A stretch of DNA of 64,000 bases, taken from Candidatus Binataceae bacterium (GTDB lineage: Bacteria; Desulfobacterota; Binatia; Binatales; Binataceae). The stretch spans positions 1,545 through 65,544 of the forward strand of contig CAWDLC010000036.1 of the NCBI GenBank assembly GCA_963803045.1, read 5' to 3'. The notes beneath the pieces were generated by a model that was not told where the DNA came from, searched no databases, and was given only the letters and a program-made list of their open reading frames with translations. Shown piece by piece: positions 48,879 through 59,362 of this stretch (positions are counted from its first letter, which is position 1; each line of letters opens with the position of its first letter). Both the position numbers and the translations under genes were made by a program.

Positions 48879-49060
48879 CGATGCTCCCCAAGCCGGCGAG
48901 TACTTTTTTTGGTCCCTGCAGCCATCTTAGGTTCGTGATCGCAAAAAGGGCAAACCAGCCTGCGATGGAATCGCCGTCGAGGTGAAGATAGGATTTGCGC
49001 GGCTGGTCGAGCGGCGGTTGCCGGGCAACTCGCGCCGCACGTCGGGGCCCGGAAGGAACG

Positions 49061-49930
49061 ATGGAAGAATCGATGGCACTCAATCGCGGCGCGAAACGCG
49101 GCGTTGCGCGGCGAATTGGCGCGAATGCGCCCGCCATTGATTTGACGCGGGAGCTGGCGCTCGCAAAGAAGGCGGCGCGCGCCGCCGGCGCGATTTTGCA
49201 CGGTCATTGGCGCCGTGGCGGTTACGAAATCGGATCGAAGGGACACGACAATCCAGTTACGGCAGCCGACCTCGAGGCCGATCGCGCAATCAAGAAGTTG
49301 CTTCGCGATCCGTTCCCCGGCTACGGATGGCTCTCGGAGGAGACGGCGGACAACGACGACCGCCTGAAATGCCGGCGTGTGTGGATCGTCGATCCGCTTG
49401 ACGGCACCAAGGAGTTCATCAAGGGCGTTCCCGAGTTCGCGGTCGCGATCGCGCTGGTCGAAGACGGAGTGCCGGTGCTCGGCGTAACGTACAATCCCAT
49501 CAAGCGCGAGATGTACTGGGCGGCGCGCGGCGTTGGATGCCACTTGAATACGCGCCGCGTGCGGGTCACGCGTACGCGAACGCTCAAGCGCGCGACCGTG
49601 CTTGCCAGCCGCAGCGAAACTGCGCGCGGCGAATGGCAGGTGTTGCGCGGGATGCTGAAAGTGCGCCCGACCGGCAGCGTCGCGTATAAGCTCGCGCTGG
49701 TCGCGGCGGGCAAGGGCGATGCGACGTTCACGCGCTCGCCAAAAAGCGAGTGGGACATCGCGTCCGGTGCGGCGTTGCTCACCGAGGCCGGCGGCACGAT
49801 CACTGATATCAAAGGACGCGGGATTCGTTTCAATCAGCGCAACGTGAAGCTCCAGGGGCTGATCGCGGACAACACGATCCTGCATGCGGCGTTGATGAAG
49901 GTGGCGCCTGCTCCGGCGCGCAAGCCGTAG
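49061..49930 (+). CDS. cysQ: 3'(2'),5'-bisphosphate nucleotidase CysQ / inositol monophosphatase family
   Basis: PVTAADLEAD, LSEE, WIVDPLDGTKEF, ASRS, EWDIASG. Confidence 0.85.
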   Translation: MEESMALNRGAKRGVARRIGANAPAIDLTRELALAKKAARAAGAILHGHWRRGGYEIGSKGHDNPVTAADLEADRAIKKLLRDPFPGYGWLSEETADNDDRLKCRRVWIVDPLDGTKEFIKGVPEFAVAIALVEDGVPVLGVTYNPIKREMYWAARGVGCHLNTRRVRVTRTRTLKRATVLASRSETARGEWQVLRGMLKVRPTGSVAYKLALVAAGKGDATFTRSPKSEWDIASGAALLTEAGGTITDIKGRGIRFNQRNVKLQGLIADNTILHAALMKVAPAPARKP

Positions 49931-49947
49931 CCGGGAAGGGCCGGAAC

Positions 49948-51204
49948 TTACGGCGCGGCGGAGGCGGCGGCGATTTCATAACGCGCGCGGCGCGGCCCGG
50001 TTTCGGGCAGGAAATACATCGTCACGATCGGCAGGAATTGGAAGACCAGAAAGCCGAGCATCACGGGACGCAGTCCAATCCGCGCCGCGAGCGCGCCGCC
50101 CAGAAAGGGCGAGATGAACGCGCCGAAGTAGCCGATCGCCCAAACCAGGCCGATTGCGGCTCCCAACCGCGTCAGATTCATGCCGGGTAATTCCATCAGC
50201 AGGGTTGTGATCGCGGCGAGCGATCCCGCCGCTCCGATCCCGACCAGCACCAGCGAGAGCCTGATCCACATCGGATCGGGGAGTACAATCGCGCCGGCGC
50301 ATCCGACCAGGGTTGCGAATGCGATCGGCCACGTGAACGGCTTGCGCAGCCCCGACATCCCGGTGCCGATTCCGCCGCCCAACGCCGCGAACAGGCCGGC
50401 GAACGGCAGCACCTGCGTCATCAGCGAGGCTTGCGAGAGCGTCATGGCGCGGTAAGTGCGGAAGAACTCGGGGAGAAACGCGGTGTAAATCTGAAACACC
50501 CACATCCCGCCGAACAGCCCGGCCGCGATCAACAGCACGTTGCGCATCTTCACGACTTCCATCAGCGCTGACCCGCGCTCGGCCGGCGCTTGGACCGCGT
50601 CCGGTGCGGACACGCTGGTTTCGGTCCGATGCTCGCGGCCGAAAAGCGTCCACAACAGCGCGACGCCCGCCGATCCGACGCCGTACCACAGCAGGACCAT
50701 CCGCCACGACCCGACCGCCGCGAACAGCGCCGGTGTCGCGCGGAACACGGCGGTGAGTCCGACGTAGCCGAAGGCGAAGTTGATCATATTGATGTACGGC
50801 CATTCGCCTTCGCCGAACCACTGCATCGTGAGCACGCCGGGCGGCGAGATCACGAGCCCGAAGCCGATTCCCTCCAGCACGCGGCAGGCGAGCAGCGCGG
50901 CGAAATCAGGCGCGTAGCCGCTGGCGACCTGTCCGATCGCCAGCAACCAGATTCCGGTCACCAAGGCGCGCAGCGCGCCGATCCGCTCGACCACCACGGC
51001 GCCCAAAAGCGAGAAGATGCCGATGCATAGCGCGATGACCGAGATGATCAGGCCCGCATTGCCTAGCGAGATTTTGAGCCCGTTCCTTATTTCCTGGAGT
51101 ATCGGTGCGGGCGCGAGCCAGGCGAGCGACTGCGCGGTCAAGAGCAGCAGCAGCAGGACTTCGATAATCCATCGGTAAGGCGAGAGTTTGCTCGGCTGGC
51201 TCAT
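49948..51204 (-). CDS. MFS transporter (CynX/NimT-like)
   Basis: About 12 TM segments; ACRVLEGIGFG, QWFGEGE. Confidence 0.85.
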   Translation of the reverse strand: MSQPSKLSPYRWIIEVLLLLLLTAQSLAWLAPAPILQEIRNGLKISLGNAGLIISVIALCIGIFSLLGAVVVERIGALRALVTGIWLLAIGQVASGYAPDFAALLACRVLEGIGFGLVISPPGVLTMQWFGEGEWPYINMINFAFGYVGLTAVFRATPALFAAVGSWRMVLLWYGVGSAGVALLWTLFGREHRTETSVSAPDAVQAPAERGSALMEVVKMRNVLLIAAGLFGGMWVFQIYTAFLPEFFRTYRAMTLSQASLMTQVLPFAGLFAALGGGIGTGMSGLRKPFTWPIAFATLVGCAGAIVLPDPMWIRLSLVLVGIGAAGSLAAITTLLMELPGMNLTRLGAAIGLVWAIGYFGAFISPFLGGALAARIGLRPVMLGFLVFQFLPIVTMYFLPETGPRRARYEIAAASAAP

Positions 51205-51229
51205 CGATTAATCGCGCTCCCGTTCGTGC

Positions 51230-52588
51230 TCACGGTATAGCCCGCCTCCCGGCCATCGCGCCACCGGAAAACTGGCGCCGCGGCGCGCGAGAGCTCGAGA
51301 TCTTCTGATCGCCGCTCGCCCATCGCAGGTAGAAAAACATCCCGAAGCCATAGACCGCCGCGATCAGAAAAAAGACGGCGCTGAACGACCTGGTCGCCTG
51401 CACAATCAGGCCCGTTGCAGCGACGCCGACGATGCCGGGGATAGTCGCGATGGTATTCGAGATTCCCATCAGGATTCCGGCGTAGGTCGGGGCGACGTCA
51501 AGGTGATTCACCCCGAAGGCCGCGGAAGCGATGCCGTTAGCCGAGGCTGCGACCGTGAGCAGCGCAACCGCCATCGCCGGCGAACCCGCTGCGGGCACTG
51601 CCAGCAGCGATGTCGCACCGATCGCAAATGCCGCGCTCTGCATCGACTTTCGTACCGTCCCGACGCCGAGGCCGCGCGCGATAAGGGCGTCGGCCAGCCA
51701 GCCCGAGAAACTTATCGTGAAGAACGTCGCGATCCATGGAATTATCGAATACTCGCCGACACGTTCCAGCGGCACGCCAAACGTGTGATGCAGATAGGTC
51801 GGCAGCCAGAGCAGCAGAATGTTAAATCCGAAGTTGCTGCAAAAATGCGCGACGACGATCGCCCAGACCGCTTTCTCGCGCGCGATTGCCGCCCACGGTA
51901 CCCGGACCGCGCGCGGCGCGGCCGAGCGCAACGACGTGATCAGTTCGAGTTCGGCTGGGCCGATGCGCGATGAGGTCTCAGGCCGGTCGGCGGCCAGGTA
52001 CATCCAGACTACGACCCATGCTGCGCCGAGCGCACCCGAAATATAGAAGAGCGCGGGCCATCCGAAAGACTTGATAATCAGCGGACTTGCACTGAGCGCG
52101 ATGACGGTGCCCACGTACATCCCGCTATAGTTGAGAGATAACACGCGCGCGCGCTCGGACGGCAACGTCCAGCGAGCAGTCAGACTGTGAATCGATGGGA
52201 AATTCACCCCCTCGCCCAGCCCGAGCAGCACGCGAGCCGCGAGCAGCGCGGAAAATGTCGCGGCCGCGGCGAATGGCGTAACGAAGGTCGCCAGCGACCA
52301 GATCGCGACCCCGGCCGCCAGCACGCGATGGCCGCCGAATCGATCGGCCATCCATCCACCGACGAGCTGCGTCCACAGGTATCCCCAGAACACCGCCGAT
52401 AGCACGAACCCCTGCGCGGCGGAGTTGTAGCCGAATTGGCGGGCGAGCGGGATTATCGCGACCGAGATGCTGATGCGATCGATGTAGCAAAGCGCGGTGC
52501 CGAGAAAGAACAGCGCGACGACCGTATAACGTTGCGGCCATCGCGAAATTCCAGACCGGGTGTCGCGCGCACGTGCAGCCTCGCCCAT
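51230..52588 (-). CDS. ACS-family (anion:cation symporter) MFS transporter
   Basis: CYIDRISISVAI, GWMADRFG, GLGEGVNFPS, NHLDVAPTYAGILMGISNT. Confidence 0.9.
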   Translation of the reverse strand: MGEAARARDTRSGISRWPQRYTVVALFFLGTALCYIDRISISVAIIPLARQFGYNSAAQGFVLSAVFWGYLWTQLVGGWMADRFGGHRVLAAGVAIWSLATFVTPFAAAATFSALLAARVLLGLGEGVNFPSIHSLTARWTLPSERARVLSLNYSGMYVGTVIALSASPLIIKSFGWPALFYISGALGAAWVVVWMYLAADRPETSSRIGPAELELITSLRSAAPRAVRVPWAAIAREKAVWAIVVAHFCSNFGFNILLLWLPTYLHHTFGVPLERVGEYSIIPWIATFFTISFSGWLADALIARGLGVGTVRKSMQSAAFAIGATSLLAVPAAGSPAMAVALLTVAASANGIASAAFGVNHLDVAPTYAGILMGISNTIATIPGIVGVAATGLIVQATRSFSAVFFLIAAVYGFGMFFYLRWASGDQKISSSRAPRRQFSGGAMAGRRAIP

Positions 52589-52650
52589 GATGCAGTGGAG
52601 CTTAGGCTGTGCGATGCAATCTTGACCAGAGCGGCGATTTTGGCGCGCGC

Positions 52651-52687
52651 AAGAAAAAGACGCGGGGGGCAATCCTCTCGCGTCTTT
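52651..52687 (-). terminator. Rho-independent terminator after the XRE gene
   Basis: AAAGACGCG stem followed by a T-tract on the minus strand. Confidence 0.6.
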
Positions 52688-52733
52688 AGGGAATCGGCTG
52701 CGCCTGGGGTCGGATCGGCGCGGCGGATACTTG

Positions 52734-53162
52734 CTATCTTCCGACTGCGTGGCGCACGGTATTCAGGATATAGATGAAGTCGCGCGCCGAATGCACGTCG
52801 CCGAGCAGCGCCACTCGCGAAAGCATCTCCATCTCGTCGCCCGTAATGTTGTGAACGCGCCGCAGTTGCTCGTTCTTCTTGAAATCATTCCAAGCCGAAT
52901 CGGCCGCGGACTCAACCTCGGGACTCAGCAGCGCGTGCGCGCGAGGATTGGCGAGGAAAAACAGTTCACGGCGACCCAGTCCGAGTACTTCCGCCAGGCG
53001 CGTTACAATCTTGTCGGAAGGATGGCGTTTGCCTGATTCCAGATGGCCGACGTATGGCGTGGAGGTCTTGATGCGATGGGCTACTTCCTCTTGAGTGAGG
53101 TCGAGTTGCCGTCTGCGCTCACGAATGACCTGTCCAAAACTGCGTTCCTTGATGCGTCGCAT
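52734..53162 (-). CDS. XRE-family HTH transcriptional regulator
   Basis: FGQVIRERRRQLDLTQEEVAHRIKTSTPYVGHLESGKRHPS. Confidence 0.9.
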   Translation of the reverse strand: MRRIKERSFGQVIRERRRQLDLTQEEVAHRIKTSTPYVGHLESGKRHPSDKIVTRLAEVLGLGRRELFFLANPRAHALLSPEVESAADSAWNDFKKNEQLRRVHNITGDEMEMLSRVALLGDVHSARDFIYILNTVRHAVGR

Positions 53163-53437
53163 TGATGTCCTGTTCCCCTTGTGCCATTTGGCGCCATCCG
53201 TCATTTTACCGCATGCTCATCAAAAAGGTGATATTCGACGCTTACAGTTAGTACCACCAAAACGACTTAAAGGCAAACGTACTGCCGGTGAATTAGTCGG
53301 GACGCGTTCAACAGCGCCATACGTTTGCGAATTGCGTCGCTCTACAAACTGTTTAGACTTCGCGACCTTAGGGATATTCGATATAAAGATACCTTGTTTT
53401 GCGAATAAGTATTATTCATTCTCACGGGCGATTCCTC

Positions 53438-53791
53438 TCAATTTCCGTAGGGATTTGGACCGTGATTGAGATAAATGGAAAAATCGGCGACGCCATCGCC
53501 GGGATGCAGTGGACTCTTGAAGTGCGCAGCGCCTCCGCGACGGAGGCCGTCCACCGAAACGGTATCCTTGCCAATCGAGTGGCCGTCGCGATCGAAATAA
53601 CGGACTTCGATTTGAAGCGGGCCCGTGTCGTCGCCTGTATTGCGAACCTCGCCTTCGACCAACACCCGGTCGCCGCTTCGCACCAGGCGCGTCTCGGCCA
53701 CCTTGACCGGTTCCGCGCCGACCAAGGCGTAGAACACGTAGCCCGCGAAGCATAGCGCGCCGAGCAGAACGAGGATCGCGCCCTTACGCAT
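53438..53791 (-). CDS. FxLYD domain-containing secreted or membrane-anchored protein
   Basis: N-terminal hydrophobic segment; VEGEVRNTG, VRYFDRDG..IG. Confidence 0.75.
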   Translation of the reverse strand: MRKGAILVLLGALCFAGYVFYALVGAEPVKVAETRLVRSGDRVLVEGEVRNTGDDTGPLQIEVRYFDRDGHSIGKDTVSVDGLRRGGAAHFKSPLHPGDGVADFSIYLNHGPNPYGN

Positions 53792-53987
53792 GCGGCGCGT
53801 CCGGGAAGTTCGCGCACAGCATGCGCACCTGCCTGACGATCTCGTCCTGGGCTTCGGTCAATTCAAGATTCATGTTGCAACCGGTTTTCAGATTAAAATG
53901 TTTACGCAGCACTTTGCGAGCGGTGCCTATCGTGGATCAATTTCAAGATTCACGATCGAGCGTTGATCTGATTAACTGAGCGGCAAA

Positions 53988-54095
53988 TGCGTCATATACG
54001 GGCATCACCAATTACACACCGGCCGAAATTCATCGGCGATACCAAGGATTTTCTTTTCGGCGTCGTTCAATTATTACCCCGGTATGAATCTTGAA
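53988..54095 (+). promoter_or_regulatory. NtrC-like enhancer plus variant sigma54 promoter for the porin gene
   Basis: TGCGTCATATACGGGCA (TGC-N11-GCA) at 53988; CGGTATGAATCTTGAA (GG-N10-GA) at 54080. Confidence 0.5.
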
Positions 54096-54186
54096 ACCAA
54101 GCCAACCGGTTCATCACCGCAGCCCGCTACGTGTGGGCGCAGTTAGCCGCGGACTGAAACCGCGCATCTCGGAGGGAGGAGAGAGA

Positions 54187-55639
54187 GTGAGCAGAAGAAA
54201 AACGACCCGGGTCGCTGCCTGGATTCACCTAATCGCCGGCGTCGCAGTGATTGGATTGCTGTGCAACACGAATGCTTGGGCGGCAGATCCATCGACCGCA
54301 GATCCAGCGACAACGACAAAGAAGAAACATCACCACAAGATGGTGACCACACCCGCCGTCGTCGCCAGCACCAGCGAGCAGCAGCGGCTCGACGCGCTGT
54401 CCGGCCAGATCAGCAATCTGCAGAAGCAGACCGACGACACAACCAGCGAGGTCAAGAAGATAGAGCAGGCGATCACCGTCGCAACGCCGGCGACGGCCGG
54501 TGCGAAGCCGGCCACGATCGGCGAGCACGTGGGCCTGGTCGAAAAGGATGTCGGCGACATCAAGAAAAACCTGTCGGACAACCTTGGTATCAGCGTCCAC
54601 GCGCTGGTTGATGCGGGCTACGAGCATAACTTCAATCAGCCGAACTCCAACTTCAACGCGTTCCGCGCCTGGGACGAGGACGGATTTCAGCTCACGCAGG
54701 GCAACCTGCACGTCGAGCGCGATGGAACGGTTGGATTTGTGACCGACATCAACTTCGGTCAGGTCGCGAACTCGATTTCCTCGGTTACGCACTACTCGAA
54801 CGTGGCGCCGGTCGGCAGCCAGTTCGTCGATCCGACGCAGTACTACCTGACTTATACTGCGCCGATCGGATCGGGCGTGAGTTTTCAGGCCGGCCGTTTC
54901 GTAACGCTGCTGGGCGCCGAGGTCATTCCGGTTTACAACAACCAGAACTTCAACGAGACCCGCGGGCTGCTCTTTAACCTGGGCGAACCGCTGACTCATA
55001 CCGGCATCCGCGCCAGCTACACCTTCAACGACTACGTAGCGGCCACTGTCGGTTTGAACAACGGCTGGGACGATCCTGCGTCGGCCAACAACGGCGGTCC
55101 CAACTACGAAGGCGAGCCTCACGGTCAACAACAAGGACAAGTCGCTGAGCCTCGCGGTCAACGGCATCTGGGGGCCGAACCTGTTGGGCAAATCCAATTC
55201 CAATCTGGGCGCGGTCGATCCGATCGCGACCTGGAAGCCGTCGTTCATCCCCAACCTGACGCTGGAAACCGAATATCTGTACGGGTCCGAGGAAGGTCCC
55301 GTGATCAACGGTCACAGCGCGTCGTGGCAGGGACTGGCGCAGTACCTGGTGTACGATTTCACTCCTTCGCTCGAGTCGGCGACACGCGGCGAATTCTTCC
55401 AGGACAAGGACGGGGCGCGCACGACAGGCACCGGCCAGACGGTGTGGGAGATCACCCAGACGTTCAGCTACAAGATACCCGAAGTGACGGGACTTATCGC
55501 ACGTTTGGAATACCGCCATGACAACTCGGACGAGAACGTGTTCACCGACAACGGTCGCATCAACCCGCTGACCGCCACGAATTTTCATCTATGGCGCGGC
55601 CAGGACACTTTGGCCGCCAATTTCATTTACGCCTTCTAA
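54187..55639 (+). CDS. Outer-membrane beta-barrel porin, BBP2/DUF1597-like (one frameshift near 55118)
   Basis: Signal peptide, coiled-coil linker, HNFNQP, QAGRFVTLLGAEVI, PLTHTG, NNGWD, RLEYRHD, terminal YAF. Confidence 0.85.
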
Positions 55640-55683
55640 CACTCGGCGGAGGAGTTTTTTCAATCAGCGCGCAGCGATGCGCC

Positions 55684-55722
55684 AGCGGCGGGTCCGAAGA
55701 AGCGGACCCGCCGCTTCCTTTT
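55684..55722 (+). terminator. Rho-independent terminator
   Basis: AGCGGCGGGTCCG-loop-CGGACCCGCCGCT followed by TCCTTTT. Confidence 0.75.
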
Positions 55723-55771
55723 CGGGAATGGCGCCCGCCGGGATGCGCGTGCCGATGGGGCTGGTCATGCC

Positions 55772-55787
55772 AGGCACTTATTTTGCA
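55772..55787 (+). promoter_or_regulatory. Possible canonical sigma54 promoter upstream of glnA
   Basis: AGGCACTTATTTTGCA matches GGCAC-N5-TTGCA. Confidence 0.5.
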
Positions 55788-55877
55788 GCGATTAAATTGC
55801 TGGGCTGATGTGCGGGAAAATAGAGGCTCCGATGCATTGGATCCTCCACCGAACGCAAGTCATTGGGCATGCGCTGC

Positions 55878-55999
55878 TGCCCGAATATGCGTCAGATGCC
55901 CGTTCGACGGGCGTTGCGTTACGGGGCTTTTCGTGACAAAAGCGTTGTCGGTCGTGGCGTTCGAATGAGTGTGCTGTGACGGCCGGTATAATTCCTGAT
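55878..55999 (+). promoter_or_regulatory. Tandem NtrC-like sites plus variant sigma54 promoter of glnA
   Basis: TGCCCGAATATGCGTCA and TGCCCGTTCGACGGGCG, then CGGTATAATTCCTGAT. Confidence 0.5.
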
Positions 56000-56107
56000 G
56001 CGTCTGATGCCATCGTCCGCAAGTGCGGACGGCGCGCGGTCTCTGGAGATCAATCAACAAGTACGGGAATGCCGCCCCGTTAAGCGGCCAGGAGGGTTAC
56101 GGGTTCG

Positions 56108-57540
56108 ATGACGCCTAAACAAGTTCTGCAAATGATCAAGGACAGGGGCGTGGTGATGGTCGATTTGAAGTTTATCGATCTGCTCGGCACGTGGCAGCAT
56201 TTCACTACCCCAATCTCCGAGTTCAAGGATGAAGCACCGTTCGACGAAGGGCTGGGCTTCGACGGGTCGTCGATTCGCGGCTGGCAGACGATCGAGAGCA
56301 GCGACATGCTGGTGATTCCCGATCCGAATACAGCGGTGATGGATCCTTTCACCAAGGATTCCACGCTGAGTATGATCTGCAACATCTCCGATCCGATCAC
56401 CCGCGCCGACTACACGCGCGACCCGCGCAACATCGCGCGCAAGGCCGAGGCTTATCTGAAGTCCACCGGCATCGGGGACGCGGCGTACTTCGGCCCCGAA
56501 CCGGAGTTCTTCATCTTCGACGGCTCCGCTACGACACCAACCAGCATTCCAGCTACTACTACATCGACTCCGAACGAAGGTAACTGGAACAGCGGTCGCG
56601 AGGGCGCGGTCAAGGAGGGCGCGAACCTGGGCTACAAGCCGCGATACAAAGAAGGCTATTTCCCGGTCCCGCCCGACGGACAGCCTGCAGGACATCCGCA
56701 CCGAGATGGTGCTCGAGATGGAGCGGGTGGGTATCCGCGTCGAGAAGCAGCATCACGAAGTCGCCACGGCAGGCCAGGCTGAAATCGACATGCGCTTTCA
56801 GCCGCTGGTCAAAATGGCCGACTGGCTGACCTGGTACAAATACATCGTGCAAGAACGTCGCGGTGCGCCATGGGATGACGGTGACCTTCATGCCCAAGCC
56901 GATCTTCGGCGACAACGGTCCGGCATGCACACGCATCAGAGCATCTGGAAGGGCGACACGCCGCTGTTCGCGGGCAACGGCTACGCTGGGATGTCGGAAC
57001 TTGCGATGCACTACATCGCCGGCATCCTGCATCACGCGCCGACGCTAGCGGCTTTCACCTATCCGGGCACGAACTCCTATCGCCGGCTGGTGCCCGGCTT
57101 CGAGGCGCCGATCAACCTGGCGTACTCGTCAGCCGCAACCGCTCGGCCTCGGTGCGAATACCGATGTATTCGCCGTCGCCCAAGGCCAAGCGAATCGAAG
57201 TACGATTCCCCGACCCGACCTGCAATCCGTATCTCGCGTTCTCCGCGATGCTGATGGCGGGGCTCGACGGAATCCAGCGCCGGCTCGATCCGGGCCAGCC
57301 GCTCGACAAGGACATCTACGCACTTACGCCGGCCGAGCTGGCCGAGGTGCCGAGCATGCCGCGCGTCGCTCGAGGAATCACTGGCCAACCTGAAGAGGGA
57401 TCACGAGTTCCTGCTCAAGGGCGACGTCTTTACGGAAGATCTGATCGAGACCTGGATCGAATACAAGATGGCGAACGAGGTCAGCGCAGATGCGTCTGCG
57501 GCCGCATCCGTACGAATTCGCGCTCTACTACGACGCGTAA
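56108..57540 (+). CDS. glnA: Glutamine synthetase type I (multiple frameshifts)
   Basis: [70 protein letters not shown]. Confidence 0.97.
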
Positions 57541-57569
57541 GCAGGGATAGTCAATTGTCAGATTGAAGG

Positions 57570-57598
57570 CGGCGGGCCGATGGCCCGCCGTTTTTTTT
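57570..57598 (+). terminator. Rho-independent terminator of glnA
   Basis: CGGCGGGCC-GAT-GGCCCGCCG followed by T8. Confidence 0.85.
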
Positions 57599-57658
57599 GC
57601 GCGCGCCGGCTTGGCGGTGATGTTATGAACGGAAGTGGCGGCGCGCAAACGGGAAAGT

Positions 57659-59242
57659 TCAGCCGGTTTCCACGATGACGGCTTCGTTTGCGGCGAGGGT
57701 CAGGGGAGATTTCGTGGACTTAACCCGGCGAGCGGCGATCGTGCTCAGCAGGATTTTGCCGGCGGGCAAGTCGATCTCGCGTGGCTCGGCGGTGAAATTC
57801 AGCGCGACGACCAGGTGCTGCGCGGGCGTATCGCGATGGAACACGAGACAATCTTCGGGCGCGCCATCGAAGGCGCGATAGCTGCCCTCGACCAGCGCCG
57901 GCGTTGATTTGCGGAGTTGGATCAGCCGGCGATAGAGCGAGAGCATCGAGCGTGGATCGTTCATCTGGCGTGCGACGTTGACGGCCTTGAAGTCGCCGCA
58001 CGGCAGCCATGTCCTCGCGCTCGCGGAGAATCCGCCATTGCGAGCGCCGGACCATTGCATCGGCGAGCGGCAACCATCGCGTCCGACCGGGTCGCGTTTG
58101 CGATTGGCAGGAATTTTCGCGTCGCGCATCCCGATTTCTTCGCCGTAGTAAATGAACGGCGTGCCGCGCAAGGCCAGCAGCATCACGGCTGCGACGCGGG
58201 CTCGCGCGTCACCGTCGCCATCGCGCGAGTAGCGCGAGATATGGCGCGAGAAATCGTGATTCGAGAGCGTCCAGGTGGGCCACGCGCCGGGTCCGAAGGA
58301 CTTTTCAGTCAGCTCGATCGCGGCGCGGAAGCGGCTGGCGTCGTAGCGCGCAAGCAGAAAGCGGAAGTTGAACCCGAGCTGAAGTTCGTCGGGCCGCAGA
58401 TAGTCCGCCAGCCGTTCCTGCTCGCGCGGCCACGTCTCGCCGACCAGCATCCGCTGTGCGTAGCCGTCGGTGACGCGGCGGAACCCGCGTATGATTTCGT
58501 GAACCTCGGGCCGGTCCGAACTGTACAGCGGATCCTGCGAGCCCTCCGCGTACCACGGGATGTCGGGGTCGCGCTTGACGCGGACCGGATTGTCGCGGAG
58601 CTGGTCGTCCTTGATGAGCCCCTGGACCACGTCGATACGAAAACCGTCAGCGCCGCGATCGAGCCAGAAGCGGATGGCGCCGTGCATTGCCTCGACCACT
58701 TCGGGATTTCGAAAATTCAGATCGGGCTGCTGCTCGAGGAACATGTGCAAGTACCATGACGCGGTGGCGGAGTCGTATTTCCACGCCGGACCGCCGAAAT
58801 GGCTCTGCCAGTTGCTGGGCGGACGATCCGGCGGGCCGGGAATCCAGATGTACCAGTCGCGTTTGGGATTCGTGCGCGACGCGCGCGACTCGACGAACCA
58901 TGGATGCCGATTCGAGGTATGGTTGGGCACCAGATCGACAATCACGCGGATGCCGCGCCGATGCGCCTCGGCGACCAGGCGATCGAAGGCGGCGAGATCG
59001 CCGAGATCCGGGTGGACGGCGCAGTAGTCGCTGATGTCGTAGCCCCAGTCGTCCAGCGGCGACGGATTGATGGGATTCAGCCAGATGGCGTCGATGCCGA
59101 GCGAGTTCGGCGTGCCGTCATTGAGATAGTCGAGATGCGCGGTAACGCCGTCGAGATCGCCGATGCCGTCTGCGTTCGAATCGGCAAACGAACGCGGATA
59201 GATCTGATAGAAGACGGCGCGTTGCCACCATTGAAGAGCCAT
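57659..59242 (-). CDS. GH13 alpha-amylase family (alpha-glucosidase-like) protein
   Basis: YQIYPRSFADSN, DLVPNHTS, QPDLN, DGFRIDV, VGET, SNHD, YYGEEIGM. Confidence 0.95.
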   Translation of the reverse strand: MALQWWQRAVFYQIYPRSFADSNADGIGDLDGVTAHLDYLNDGTPNSLGIDAIWLNPINPSPLDDWGYDISDYCAVHPDLGDLAAFDRLVAEAHRRGIRVIVDLVPNHTSNRHPWFVESRASRTNPKRDWYIWIPGPPDRPPSNWQSHFGGPAWKYDSATASWYLHMFLEQQPDLNFRNPEVVEAMHGAIRFWLDRGADGFRIDVVQGLIKDDQLRDNPVRVKRDPDIPWYAEGSQDPLYSSDRPEVHEIIRGFRRVTDGYAQRMLVGETWPREQERLADYLRPDELQLGFNFRFLLARYDASRFRAAIELTEKSFGPGAWPTWTLSNHDFSRHISRYSRDGDGDARARVAAVMLLALRGTPFIYYGEEIGMRDAKIPANRKRDPVGRDGCRSPMQWSGARNGGFSASARTWLPCGDFKAVNVARQMNDPRSMLSLYRRLIQLRKSTPALVEGSYRAFDGAPEDCLVFHRDTPAQHLVVALNFTAEPREIDLPAGKILLSTIAARRVKSTKSPLTLAANEAVIVETG

Positions 59243-59362
59243 CGATCTGGAACTCACGTGCGCGTTTCGCGTTCCGAGGTGGGGGACGGGTGTTGGCGTA
59301 CAGAGCGGAGGGCTGGGAGGGAGCACTTTCCCAAAAGCTTCGCTTTCCTGGTCGCCATGCAG

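Noticed and set aside
56010-56100. Glutamine (glnA) or glycine riboswitch in the glnA leader
   Set aside because: Only a CGTCCGC hairpin and an isolated CTCTGGAGA are present; the remaining conserved core motifs were not found by eye.
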